A stretch of DNA of 44,772 nt from contig CALIBN010000023.1 of the NCBI GenBank assembly GCA_938045545.1, forward strand, positions 1 through 44,772, given 5' to 3'. A model generated the notes under the pieces. The model made no database searches. It saw only the letters and a program-made list of their open reading frames with translations, and had not been told where the DNA came from. A program made the translations under genes and the position numbers. This DNA is from an uncultured archaeon. Lineage in GTDB: Archaea > Thermoproteota > EX4484-205 > JAAOZP01. Numbering within the stretch: the first letter of the stretch is position 1; every line of letters starts with the position of its first letter. This document shows, one piece after another, positions 1-9,199 of this stretch.

Positions 1-225
1 GTAAGGCTTCACGCAACCTGTACTCTTAGAGGACCTGCCCGTCTCCTACGTTCAAATACGGGATTCTGGCTTAAACACCAAATACTGGTCTTCATTTCCC
101 CTCGCCATGTTCTTAGCGAATAACATGCGCGCGCTAAAATGTTTGTCATCATTGGAGGCGGGGAGCCCGTCGAACCCGCTGACTCATCCCTTGATGCTTA
201 TATACTTAATCCTCCTGAAGGATGA

Positions 226-1632
226 GTGGGGATGGTGAAGATAGTTAGGAGAGGAAAGTACGCCAGGATGGTTTTCAGGGACTTTAAGCCTGGGGAGATC
301 TTCGACGTCGTTAGGAGGATAAACGAGAAAAGTAAGAAAAGCAAGATCGTCAGAGTGATCGATGTGTTCACGCTCCCCGATACTATAGCCGGGGTGGTTG
401 AATATGGGAGCGATAGACACGGGGACTACCCTCCTTTCATAGGGGAAACAGTCATCGAGAGAATAGGTGGGAGGGAAGTCGGGCATTACTCGCACCTAGG
501 GCCACTGCCCGACGGCAGGGTTGCCGGCGCCGTCCAAATGAGGGAGGACCCTGCCCCATGGATATTCTTCAAGGGAGACACGATCATAGAGAGCATCGAG
601 GGAGGATAATCGACACAGATAAGAACGGTTTCGCCGTCCCCCCCAATGGGACTCTCGCCGGGAACGTTAAAACCGAGGAAGGCTTAGGGGGCGTTCAAAG
701 GGGAATCCTTCGTAAAGGAGATTGGAGGAAATAAGGTGGAATACGCAAGTATTCTTCAAGTTTGGTGCGACGGAACACTGGTTGGAGTAGCCACCCTAAA
801 GAATGGAATATATGTTCCATTCAAAGGAGACGTTTTATTGGATGAAATTCGGGGCGAGAAAGTGGTATATGTAGACCTGCCCCTTTTCCTGCCGGATGGA
901 ATCCTGGCTGGAGTGGTCACGCTGAAGGAAGGCAAGCGCGCTCTCTTCAAGAACGATGTCTTAATCGAGAGCATCGGGGGAAAGAGGATTATAAGGCCGA
1001 GTATTTATTTAGATTTTCTATCGGATGGTAATGTTGCCGGTACTGTTGTGGTCGAGGGACATGAAGGAGGACTCCTGTTCATCGGAGACACCCTCATAGA
1101 TAACATCGGGGGAAAAGAGGTTTAAGACTGCAGCAATCGAAGCGATTCTCCCGGGCGACATGCTGGTCGGAGAAGTCTTCTTGGAGGATGGTAAGAGGCT
1201 TCCCTCCGTCGGGGATAAGATTATAGACGAAGTCAATGACATGAAGGTTTTAGAGGGAAGTTTCCTTTTCCAGCTACCGAACGGAACTCCAGTATCTCTC
1301 GTAAAGCTGGAGGATGGTAGAGAGCTGTTGCTCCAGGGAGATACCTTGGTTGAAAGGATCGGGGAGAAGAAGATAGTTAGGGTTGTGGAGGGATGCAATG
1401 GATTCCTGCCTGACGGAACCTTGGTCGGTGCAGCCTTGCTTGAGGATAATAAGGTGGTATTCTTCAGGGGGGATGAGTTGCTGGATAGCATCCATGGGGA
1501 GAAGATCACGGGCGTGGGATATAACCTTCGTCCCCTGCCGGATGGTACTGTGGAGGGAAAGCTGGAATATGGAGGAAGTGGGACTCCTTCTTCTGGTATG
1601 GAGATGAGGTTCACCTGTCCTTCTCATTATAG
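226..1632 (+). pseudogene. Frameshifted tandem-repeat protein (~10 repeats of ~42-44 aa, probably a beta-propeller)
   Basis: ORFs 226-609, 736-1125 and 1160-1690 share the repeat [LI]IExIGG(K/R)xV...LPDGx(L/V)AGxVxLxDG...FxGD. The repeat continues through the gaps in other frames (603-690 RIIDTDKNGFAVPPNGTLAGNVK; 1576-1632 KWDSFFWYGDEV), implying single-base shifts near 603, 690, 1112 and 1575. Confidence 0.7.
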
Positions 1633-1956
1633 TCAGGTACCCAGAAGCGATTCTATTTGTCCCATACTGCTTTTGACAATATTTCCATGAGTACGGTTAG
1701 CTGCCCCATTGTTAAAAACCTGCTTATCTAATATTCATGTCGCATGCGTCTTTTCATACTTGCTGTAACGGATCGAGTTAATTCACTGTTTACGAAGAAA
1801 AGCCTTCTAAGCTCAAGAATTCCTCAAGAAAAGCTGGACATCGAATCGTGGAGCATACCTTTTTAATTAGAAGTAATTTTGCCATTCATAAGCCGATTAA
1901 GGCAGTTTTATGGTTTCGAAGGGTTTAAAAAGAGTGTTTCAGGAGCCTCCTCAGGC

Positions 1957-2838
1957 TTGAAAACCGTAGTTGGCCCAGCGAGCACAGGGCTGGGTGAGAA
2001 AATATGTTCCCTTACGGGCCTGGAGAGGATCCGTTTCTCATTCAAACAGTTTCCAGACGGTGAGCTGTACGTTAGGCTGCTCGAAGATGTTACTGGGGTT
2101 GACGCTTTAATAATACAGTCTCTGTCTCCGCCTCAAGACAGGAACCTGATGCTCCTCCTCCAGCTTATATCTGCTTTCAAGACTAACGGCGGCGGGGAAG
2201 CATCAGTGTTGATTCCCTACATGGCTTACGCCCGCCAGGACAAGATGTTCCTCTCCGGGGAGCCTGTTTCAGCCCATCTTGTCGCCAAGCTTATTGAGGC
2301 CGCTGGAGCAGACAGGGTTGCGCTCGTCGAGGTTCACAGCGATGCTGCTGCTAAAGGCTTTAGAAACAGTGTTCTAATAGAGGCCACCGGGTCTTTCGCA
2401 GAGTATTATTTGAGGAACGGGTTTGAAAAAGCCTACGTGGTTGCGCCCGATAAGAATGCTACTCCAAGAGCCAAGAGGCTTGCAGACATGATTCAGGGCG
2501 GGGTTGGATGGGTTGAGAAAACAAGGAACAAGGAGACCGGCTGCATCTCATCCACTGAGGGCCAGCTCAACCCTTCCGGTAGGAAGACGATCATCATAGA
2601 CGACATTATAAGCACTGGGGGGACGATCATCGAGGCCATAAAACTGCTTAAGAGCAAAGGTGCCTCCCAAATATCCGTGGCGTGTATTCATGGTCTTTTC
2701 GTAGGCGATGCTTACCAGAGAATTATGAATGCCGGGGCTTCAAGCGTGCTTTCCTCAGACACGGTTGAAACCCAGTATTCTAATATTTCCGTGGCGGGCG
2801 ACGTGGTTAGAACACTCAGGGAGGAGGGCTGGCTCTGA
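1957..2838 (+). CDS. prs: Ribose-phosphate pyrophosphokinase
   Basis: FPDGELYVR, PYMAYARQDK and IIIDDIISTGGT motifs. The start is probably the in-frame TTG at 1957 rather than 1879. Confidence 0.95.
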   Translation: MKTVVGPASTGLGEKICSLTGLERIRFSFKQFPDGELYVRLLEDVTGVDALIIQSLSPPQDRNLMLLLQLISAFKTNGGGEASVLIPYMAYARQDKMFLSGEPVSAHLVAKLIEAAGADRVALVEVHSDAAAKGFRNSVLIEATGSFAEYYLRNGFEKAYVVAPDKNATPRAKRLADMIQGGVGWVEKTRNKETGCISSTEGQLNPSGRKTIIIDDIISTGGTIIEAIKLLKSKGASQISVACIHGLFVGDAYQRIMNAGASSVLSSDTVETQYSNISVAGDVVRTLREEGWL

Positions 2839-3872
2839 ATGCTAAACAAGGCTGGGCGCGGCTGTTCGCAGTCCTGTCGGGCGAGCACGAGAGGCTTCCC
2901 GCTGCCGAGATCGAAGCAGTATTCGAGGCTGAGAATGTTCCCCGGATTACCATAGAGGGCTTAACACAGGTCTACAGGTTCACCGCCCCGTTGGAGCCTG
3001 CTTCGAAAGCCTTCAAAAGACTTGCTTTATCACACTTTCTCTGTGAAGAGATAGGTGTTTTCAAGCAAGGTGCTTCCTGCGACGAAATGATTACCGCAGT
3101 GCTGAGAGCAGGCTTAAACGGGAGCGTTGCGTTCAGGGTTAGGAGGATAAGGGGCAGTATTTCCCCGGAGGACGCTTTTGCCCTTGAAACAGGGTTGAAC
3201 AGGAGGGCTTCTAAAACCCCCGGCATTATCGTCAACCTGGAGAATCCTGAGAGCATTTTGGAGGTTGTGTCTTCAAACGGCTTCCTAATCCTGGGCAGGA
3301 GGGTTTGCAACAGCGCCAGGAAGAACGTGATGTCTAGGAGTGGCGGCAGGAAACCGTTCTTCCATCCTTCAAGCCTTAAGGTTGGGCTTGCAAGGGCGAT
3401 GCTGAACCTCGCTAGGGTTGGGAAAGGTAGTGTGGTGGTGGACCCGTTTTCCGGAACCGGGACGGTTCTGATGGAGGCGCATGAGCTGCAAGCCTACCCA
3501 ATAGGGCTGGATTTGGATCCTTTGATGGCCTATTCTTCCCGTAGAAACTACAGGTGGTTTCGGACACTCGTCTTCCAAGTCTTGGGGGATGCTAGACACA
3601 TGCCTTTCAGACGTGCCGACGCTGTGGTTACGGACCCGCCCTACGGGAGGAGGGCTTCTACACATGGTTTAGAGTCTCTAAGGCTTTACGAGGGCTTCAT
3701 AAGGGAAGCCTCAAGGGTTCTCAGGGCTAAAGGATGGATTGCCTTCCTGGCTCCCAGCAGGCTGCCTGTTGAAAGAATTTTGGAGCTGAACGGTTTTAAG
3801 CTTAGGGAGAGGTTTCTCATAGAGGTTCACTCTAATCTGACGAGGAAGCTGCTGCTGGCTCTCATGGAATGA
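2835..3872 (+). CDS. trm11: tRNA m2G10/m22G10 methyltransferase (Trm11/TrmG10, THUMP + Rossmann)
   Basis: KPFFHPSSL, VVDPFSGTGT and VVTDPPYGR motifs. The family-typical N-terminus LSGEHERLPAAEI lies in frame upstream of the ORF-track start (2991); the likely start is CTG at 2835. Confidence 0.88.
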   Translation: MNAKQGWARLFAVLSGEHERLPAAEIEAVFEAENVPRITIEGLTQVYRFTAPLEPASKAFKRLALSHFLCEEIGVFKQGASCDEMITAVLRAGLNGSVAFRVRRIRGSISPEDAFALETGLNRRASKTPGIIVNLENPESILEVVSSNGFLILGRRVCNSARKNVMSRSGGRKPFFHPSSLKVGLARAMLNLARVGKGSVVVDPFSGTGTVLMEAHELQAYPIGLDLDPLMAYSSRRNYRWFRTLVFQVLGDARHMPFRRADAVVTDPPYGRRASTHGLESLRLYEGFIREASRVLRAKGWIAFLAPSRLPVERILELNGFKLRERFLIEVHSNLTRKLLLALME

Positions 3873-4798
3873 ACTCTATGTCTACCAGCTCTAGGAAAAC
3901 CTCTTCTTCTAGTCCAAGAAAGTAGGATAATGGTGTTAATGGAAGTACGTTCACCTGTTTATCGTTAACTGTAATCCTAGTGTTATTCAATGTTCTAAGG
4001 AACCCAGGTATTCTCATGCCTGTTATGATTCCAGTGTTTCTTTCAACGTATGCCGCAGGCATGCTCCATAAGGTATTATTGACATAGTATGTTATCTCCA
4101 GCACATCGTTTCCAGAAATCCTTGATATTTTTCATACAGGTCCCATGTCGGAGGCTTAACCTTGAGTTCACTTATCCACAATGTACGGTTGAATTCTGGG
4201 ATGCATACCTTGCCCTCCTTAAGGTAGACCAAAGTCCTGAATATTTTTGATGCCCATACTGGGGACGGCGGTGGATAATTGCTTATCTTCGGCTCGAGGG
4301 TTCCCAGAGGGATGAGCTCAGCGTCGAAAAGAAATAATCCTGTCCTCTAATGGTTGAAACAGCGGAAGTAAAAACCCCGCATCCTTCCCCTGCCAGTAAA
4401 ACCTTTTAGTGTTCACATCGTATTTAAAGGTCGCATTTCTTCTAAACTCCTTGAAGACCTTTTTCCCATCCTCGTTATAAACGGAGTGGCCTACAACATT
4501 GATTGTAAAGTTTAAAGTGTGGGTGTCCCCGGTTCTCTCGATTTCCAGGCTCAGGGTTGCGTTACGTCCAACGAGCTGCCTGAGCTCTAGAACTTCCCCG
4601 GGCTCGATTTCAATAAGACCGCTAATAAATTTGTATTTCAGCCTCAAAATCCTATTCTCCTCTGGCCAGCTAATGTAGCTGGAGTTTTGAGAGCCGGGGT
4701 ACCCCGGCCAACTCGAAAAAAAGGATTGCTATAGCGGAAGCAACAATAATAGGAATCAGAATGATGATGTTAACCCTTATCCTCACCCGCCCCCTCAT
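3862..4798 (-). pseudogene. Frameshifted membrane-anchored or secreted hypothetical protein
   Basis: ATG 4798 gives MRGRVRIRVNIIILIPIIVASAIAILFF (basic then hydrophobic). Reading continues after a shift at the A7 run 4716-4722 into 4318-4647, then into an unlisted frame (FDAELIPLGT...PPTWDLY), then into 3862-4104. Confidence 0.6.
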
Positions 4799-4884
4799 CC
4801 CTCCAGCCTGGCGAGTAATTGGCGAATCTAGTTATAAACCTTACGAGGTTAAACGTTATATTTCGCGGGTCTAGTGGTTAAAAC

Positions 4885-5811
4885 GTGTTGAAGAAGAGCC
4901 AGCCGTTCGGGAGACTGCTATTTCTGGGGACTTCTGCAGCAGTCCCTACGGTCAGCAGGAGCCACCCCTGTGTGGCACTCTGGTGGAAGGGAGAGGTGCT
5001 TCTATTCGATTGCGGGGAGGGTGCTCAGAGACAGTTGATGAGTGCCAGCCTCAGCTTTGAAAAGATAACTAACATATTCATAACGCATATGCATGGGGAC
5101 CATGTTCTGGGGCTTCCGGGGCTGCTTATGACGATGACTCTTCAAAATAGGAGGAGGCCTCTCAATATATATGGGCCGAAAGGTCTTAGGCCGTTCGTCG
5201 AATCCTGCCTGCCGATGATATTCTACCAGCCTGTTTTCCAGATCAGCATTAAGGAGGTTGGTAATGGTCTAGTCGCCTCCGGGAGGAAGTATAAGGTTTA
5301 TTCGCATGAGGTTAGGCATTCTGTTGAATCCTATGCTTACTGTTTCAAGGAGGATGATAGGCCTGGCAGGTTTAATGTTGAGAAGGCGGAGGAGCTAGGC
5401 GTCAAGCCCGGGCCCTTAAGGGGCATGCTTGTTGAGGGTAAGCCGGTAACTCTTGAGGACGGTAGGATTATCATGCCTGAGGAGGTCGTCGAGCCCTCTC
5501 GCCCCGGGGTTAAGATCGTTTACACGGGTGACATGGGGAATACTCCCGGCTTCGAGGAGTTCTGCATGAACGCTGATATTCTTATTCACGAGGCTACTTT
5601 CGACGAAAGCATGAGCAGTGAAGCGGGTAGTCTCCAACACTCGACCTGTGTTGAGGCGGCTAAGCTGGCTGCTGCCGCACGCGTTAAGAAGCTCATACTT
5701 ACTCACGTAAGCTCCAGGTATGGTGATGCTTCAATTCTGCTCGAGCAGGCTAGGAGGTTTTTCAAAGATGTTCAGATCGCTGAAGACTTCTTATCTATCG
5801 ATATTTTTTGA
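4885..5811 (+). CDS. rnz: Ribonuclease Z
   Basis: FLGTSAAVP, THMHGDH, GP-rich exosite (GVKPGP), HEATF, HST and LTHVSSRY motifs. Confidence 0.96.
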   Translation: MLKKSQPFGRLLFLGTSAAVPTVSRSHPCVALWWKGEVLLFDCGEGAQRQLMSASLSFEKITNIFITHMHGDHVLGLPGLLMTMTLQNRRRPLNIYGPKGLRPFVESCLPMIFYQPVFQISIKEVGNGLVASGRKYKVYSHEVRHSVESYAYCFKEDDRPGRFNVEKAEELGVKPGPLRGMLVEGKPVTLEDGRIIMPEEVVEPSRPGVKIVYTGDMGNTPGFEEFCMNADILIHEATFDESMSSEAGSLQHSTCVEAAKLAAAARVKKLILTHVSSRYGDASILLEQARRFFKDVQIAEDFLSIDIF

Positions 5812-6351
5812 AAGAATCTCTTTCAGTTTGCTTTCAACTGCTTCTTCAAGTTCCTTCAGGCTTCCGTCGTTCACTATGTAGACGTCGCTTAACGCAAGCA
5901 CCTCCCCTAGCCCGACGGAGAGCTCAACCCTGTCCCTCTCCTCAAGCTCCCTCAGCGTCTCAGGATCGTCTGACCTGCCCCTGTTAGAAAGCCTGCTATA
6001 CCTAAGGCTCGCTGGAGCCAGTACTGCAATACGGGTTATGAAATATCCTTTAGACTTGAAGTATTCTGCTTCCCTCAACGACCTTAACCCGTCCACTACA
6101 ATGATCTTGCTATCCGATTCCTCAATCTTTTTTTCCACAAGTCTGGCGACAGCATCATCACCCAGCTCCCTCCTAAGCTTAACCATAAACCTGCTCATTG
6201 ACACTATGTCTCCGCCTACCCCCCGGGTTTCAGCCTCCTCCCTGACAGCGTCCCCCATTGAGACCACCGTAAACCCGTGTTCGCCAATAAGCTTCGCGAC
6301 AGTCGTCTTTCCTGAGCCCGGCATTCCTGAGATGAGAACCAGCTGCTTCAA
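5791..6351 (-). CDS. P-loop nucleotide kinase, UPF0200/dephospho-CoA-kinase-like family
   Basis: GMPGSGKT Walker A, SMGDAVRE, VDGLRS and RGRSDD. The usual position next to thpR/cca is recalled from archaeal gene order. Confidence 0.8.
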   Translation of the reverse strand: MKQLVLISGMPGSGKTTVAKLIGEHGFTVVSMGDAVREEAETRGVGGDIVSMSRFMVKLRRELGDDAVARLVEKKIEESDSKIIVVDGLRSLREAEYFKSKGYFITRIAVLAPASLRYSRLSNRGRSDDPETLRELEERDRVELSVGLGEVLALSDVYIVNDGSLKELEEAVESKLKEILSKNIDR

Positions 6352-6409
6352 CGGCTGCTTCAGGCTTAAGACGGTAAGATATATAAATTCTTACCCGGTT
6401 TTCATCAGG

Positions 6410-6961
6410 ATGGTGAGAGTCTTCGTTTCAATGGATGTTGAAAACGAGAATGTAAGTCGGAGGATACTTGAGGTTCAGAGAAGAATGGTTGAGACTAGGG
6501 CTGATCTAAAACTGGTGGACACGAGTATCCTCCACTTAACACTATTCTTCATAGGGGAGGTTCCTGAAACCATGGTTAACACGATATGTGAAAGGCTTTC
6601 ACAGGTTGATGGAAGCCCGGTTGAGATAGAGCTCAGAGGCATCGGGGCTTTCCCCACAGTTTCGCAACCAAGAGTTGTGTTTGCGAAAATCGGAAAGGGT
6701 TCTGGGGAGCTTGTTGAAAGGGCTGAACAGGCTTCAGAAGCCTTGTCTAAAATAGGCTTTAGGATGAGCGAGCAGTTCCACCCCCACCTGACTATCGCAA
6801 GGGTTAGGAGCCGTTTAAACATGGATAGGCTTGTCCTTTTTATTAGGAGTAACGGGGACATCTTGATAGGGGAGGCTCTTACGAGTAGGCTCAGGCTTAA
6901 GAAGAGCACTCTGACGCCACGGGGACCCGTATATGAAACCCTCTGGGAAAAAATTGATTAG
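6410..6961 (+). CDS. thpR: RNA 2',3'-cyclic phosphodiesterase / 2'-5' RNA ligase (2H family)
   Basis: Two HxT motifs (LHLTL, PHLTIAR) and KKSTLTPRGPVY. The true start is ATG 6410; the ORF-track extension to 6038 is the antisense shadow of the kinase. Confidence 0.93.
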   Translation: MVRVFVSMDVENENVSRRILEVQRRMVETRADLKLVDTSILHLTLFFIGEVPETMVNTICERLSQVDGSPVEIELRGIGAFPTVSQPRVVFAKIGKGSGELVERAEQASEALSKIGFRMSEQFHPHLTIARVRSRLNMDRLVLFIRSNGDILIGEALTSRLRLKKSTLTPRGPVYETLWEKID

Positions 6962-6983
6962 CAGGCACCCGTGTTGATAATAT

Positions 6984-8390
6984 ATGCCGAATAGTCTTCA
7001 AGAGGTTGTACAGGAGGTCCTGAGAAGGGTTAAGCCCGGTTTAGAGGAGGAGGAGCGGGTTAGCAGGATACTTTCAAAAACTGTTTCGATGCTTAGGGAA
7101 GAGTTTAACAGGTTGGAGCCTGAAGCCGAGGTTCTCGTAGAGGGGTCCATGGCTAAGGGTACTTGGCTTAGCGGCGAGACGGATGCAGATATCTTTGTAA
7201 GGTTCCCTGTTAAATGGAAGAAGAGTGAAATGGGGGAAACCCTGATAGAGAGTGTTAAAAGAATATTTGGCCCGGAGAAATGCAGGCTCCGGTTTGCAGA
7301 GCACCCGTACGCAAAGGTTACTGTGGATAATATTAACGTGGATGTTGTCCCATGCTACAAGGTTGAGAAGGGCCTCTACAAGAGTGCAACCGATAGGACT
7401 GTTTTCCACACGGAGTTTGTGAAGGAGAGGTTGAGCCTTGAGCTGAGGGATGAGGCTCGGCTCCTTAAACGGTTCTTCAAGGGAATAGGGGTTTACGGTG
7501 CGGAGATAAAGACGAGAGGGTTCAGCGGCTTCCTAGTTGAGCTCCTCGTATACTCTTTCGGAGGGTTTGTGAAAACCCTGGAGGCGCTCAGGGGCTTTCA
7601 GCCTCCTCTTGTACTGGATCCGGGTGGGCTCTACAAGAATAGGGAGGAGGAGCTTGCCAGGAGGGCTAGGGGCAGCCTGCTATGCGTCATAGATCCTGTT
7701 GACGAGCTTAGGAATGTGGCCGCAGCGGTGAGTGGCGAAAGCCTAAGCATAGCACAGTACGCTGCTCACATGATGCTCGAGAAGCCTTCTATAGAGTTTT
7801 TCTACCCTGTCTACAGGGCATCTAGGGAGGAGCTGAGGGAGGTTGTGAGAAGCAGGGGGCTCAACGTTGTCTCAATCACGATACCGGCTTGGACGAATAT
7901 CCCGGATATTCTATGGGGCCAAGCCTACAGGCTTCTTTCAAGGCTCAGCGGCTTTCTTGAGGAAAATGAATTCGGAGTCTTGATGGAGAGGGCTTGGAGC
8001 GACGAGGAGAAGAATATTGTTCTACTATTCGTATTGGAGGAGGTTGAGAAAAGGGCGGCTATACTCCACATGGGTCCACCCTATTTCAGCAGCAACGTGC
8101 CCAGGTTTGTTGAAACCTATTTGAGCAGCGAGAGGATGTTGATCCACCCGTTCCCCCGAAACGGAAGATGGTGGACTGTTCTCAAGCCTAAAGTAAGGGA
8201 TGTTAAAGAAGCCATCTCTAAATTCGTTTCTTCAAGCGAGTTCTTGAAAGGTTTTTCAGAAGAAATCCTTGAGTCTCTCTCCAGATCCACAATACGCTTA
8301 GGCGATAGCGTTGTGGACGCTGTTGAAAATGCCGAGTATACTTCTTTCTTGGAAAGATGTATAAACCCCTTCCCCTGGCTTTCTAAATGA
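6984..8390 (+). CDS. cca: CCA-adding enzyme (class I)
   Basis: GSMAKGTWLSGETDADIF, AEHPY, DVVPCY, SATDRT, GVYGAE, GFSGFLVELL and DPVD..RNVAAAVS motifs. Confidence 0.96.
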   Translation: MPNSLQEVVQEVLRRVKPGLEEEERVSRILSKTVSMLREEFNRLEPEAEVLVEGSMAKGTWLSGETDADIFVRFPVKWKKSEMGETLIESVKRIFGPEKCRLRFAEHPYAKVTVDNINVDVVPCYKVEKGLYKSATDRTVFHTEFVKERLSLELRDEARLLKRFFKGIGVYGAEIKTRGFSGFLVELLVYSFGGFVKTLEALRGFQPPLVLDPGGLYKNREEELARRARGSLLCVIDPVDELRNVAAAVSGESLSIAQYAAHMMLEKPSIEFFYPVYRASREELREVVRSRGLNVVSITIPAWTNIPDILWGQAYRLLSRLSGFLEENEFGVLMERAWSDEEKNIVLLFVLEEVEKRAAILHMGPPYFSSNVPRFVETYLSSERMLIHPFPRNGRWWTVLKPKVRDVKEAISKFVSSSEFLKGFSEEILESLSRSTIRLGDSVVDAVENAEYTSFLERCINPFPWLSK

Positions 8391-9129
8391 GTGTGAGAAA
8401 AAGCTTCGCTGAGTCAAACATCCTAACGTTGTTGAACAGTACGTAGACTTCCTCAGCCTCCTCAAGCCCTTCTATCAGTGTTTTTAGCCTCTTTAAATCT
8501 TCAAGGCTATACTCGTACTTATAATTATAGCGTTTCCCGAGACCGTGAAGCCTAAAGTAGTACACGCCTCTAGTAAGAGGCTGGTCCCAGAAAGGGTCTA
8601 CCACGTGAATAAGGTCGAGCTTCTCCAGGACGCTTTTCGTCACGTTTTTCCTCTCAAGCCATTCTCCCCGTGGTTCCCAAGCCAGTCTAACCCCTCCCCT
8701 GTCTATCTCCTCCAGGAATTTCCTCATGTTGCCGATGTTTTTAGGGGAAGGGTTGAAGCTTGGGGGTGTTTGAAACACGGCTATTCTGGCGCCAAGCTTC
8801 TTAACTATTTCTAGGGTTCTAACCCATGCTTCCAAGGTTTTCCTTGAAGGGTTGAAATCACCATAACCCTTAAGCTCATTTCTACTCAAGCCGCTTCTTC
8901 TCCAAGTGGGGCTGTCGGGTGGATGCGTGATCCCCTGCCAGGCTTTCACCGTGAACTCGAAACCTTCAGGGGCTTGAGCCCTCCATTTTTCAGCTGTCTC
9001 AGGCCTTGGAAGCTTATAGAAGGTCGACTGGGTCTCGACTAGGCTGAATTCGGAGAAATATTTCTGCATAGAGACAGGATAGCCGCAGCAACCAACCTTA
9101 ATCACAGTCAACCCGAATAGTATTGTCAA
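8383..9129 (-). CDS. DUF72 family protein
   Basis: IKVGCCG, E(T)QSTFY, FQTPPSF, WEPRG, YFRLHG and YVLFNN. The real start is probably a few codons downstream. Confidence 0.88.
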   Translation of the reverse strand: MTILFGLTVIKVGCCGYPVSMQKYFSEFSLVETQSTFYKLPRPETAEKWRAQAPEGFEFTVKAWQGITHPPDSPTWRRSGLSRNELKGYGDFNPSRKTLEAWVRTLEIVKKLGARIAVFQTPPSFNPSPKNIGNMRKFLEEIDRGGVRLAWEPRGEWLERKNVTKSVLEKLDLIHVVDPFWDQPLTRGVYYFRLHGLGKRYNYKYEYSLEDLKRLKTLIEGLEEAEEVYVLFNNVRMFDSAKLFLTLI

Positions 9130-9199
9130 CCGGTTGCTTAAACTTTTCCCGGGGAAAGCTTAATACCCCCCCGCTTCAAGGGGGTGAGCGTGCTGGAAA

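Noticed and set aside
153-179. tRNA-3'-end-like sequence on the minus strand (GCGGGTTCGA...CCCCGCCTCCA) as an att remnant
   Set aside because: T-loop and acceptor spacing are wrong, there is no matching 5' half or partner repeat in the window, and it is too degenerate to support.
6038-6409. Long N-terminal extension of thpR in the ORF track
   Set aside because: It is the S/T/P-rich antisense shadow of the kinase gene. The homologous domain begins at ATG 6410, after a TATA box at ~6380.
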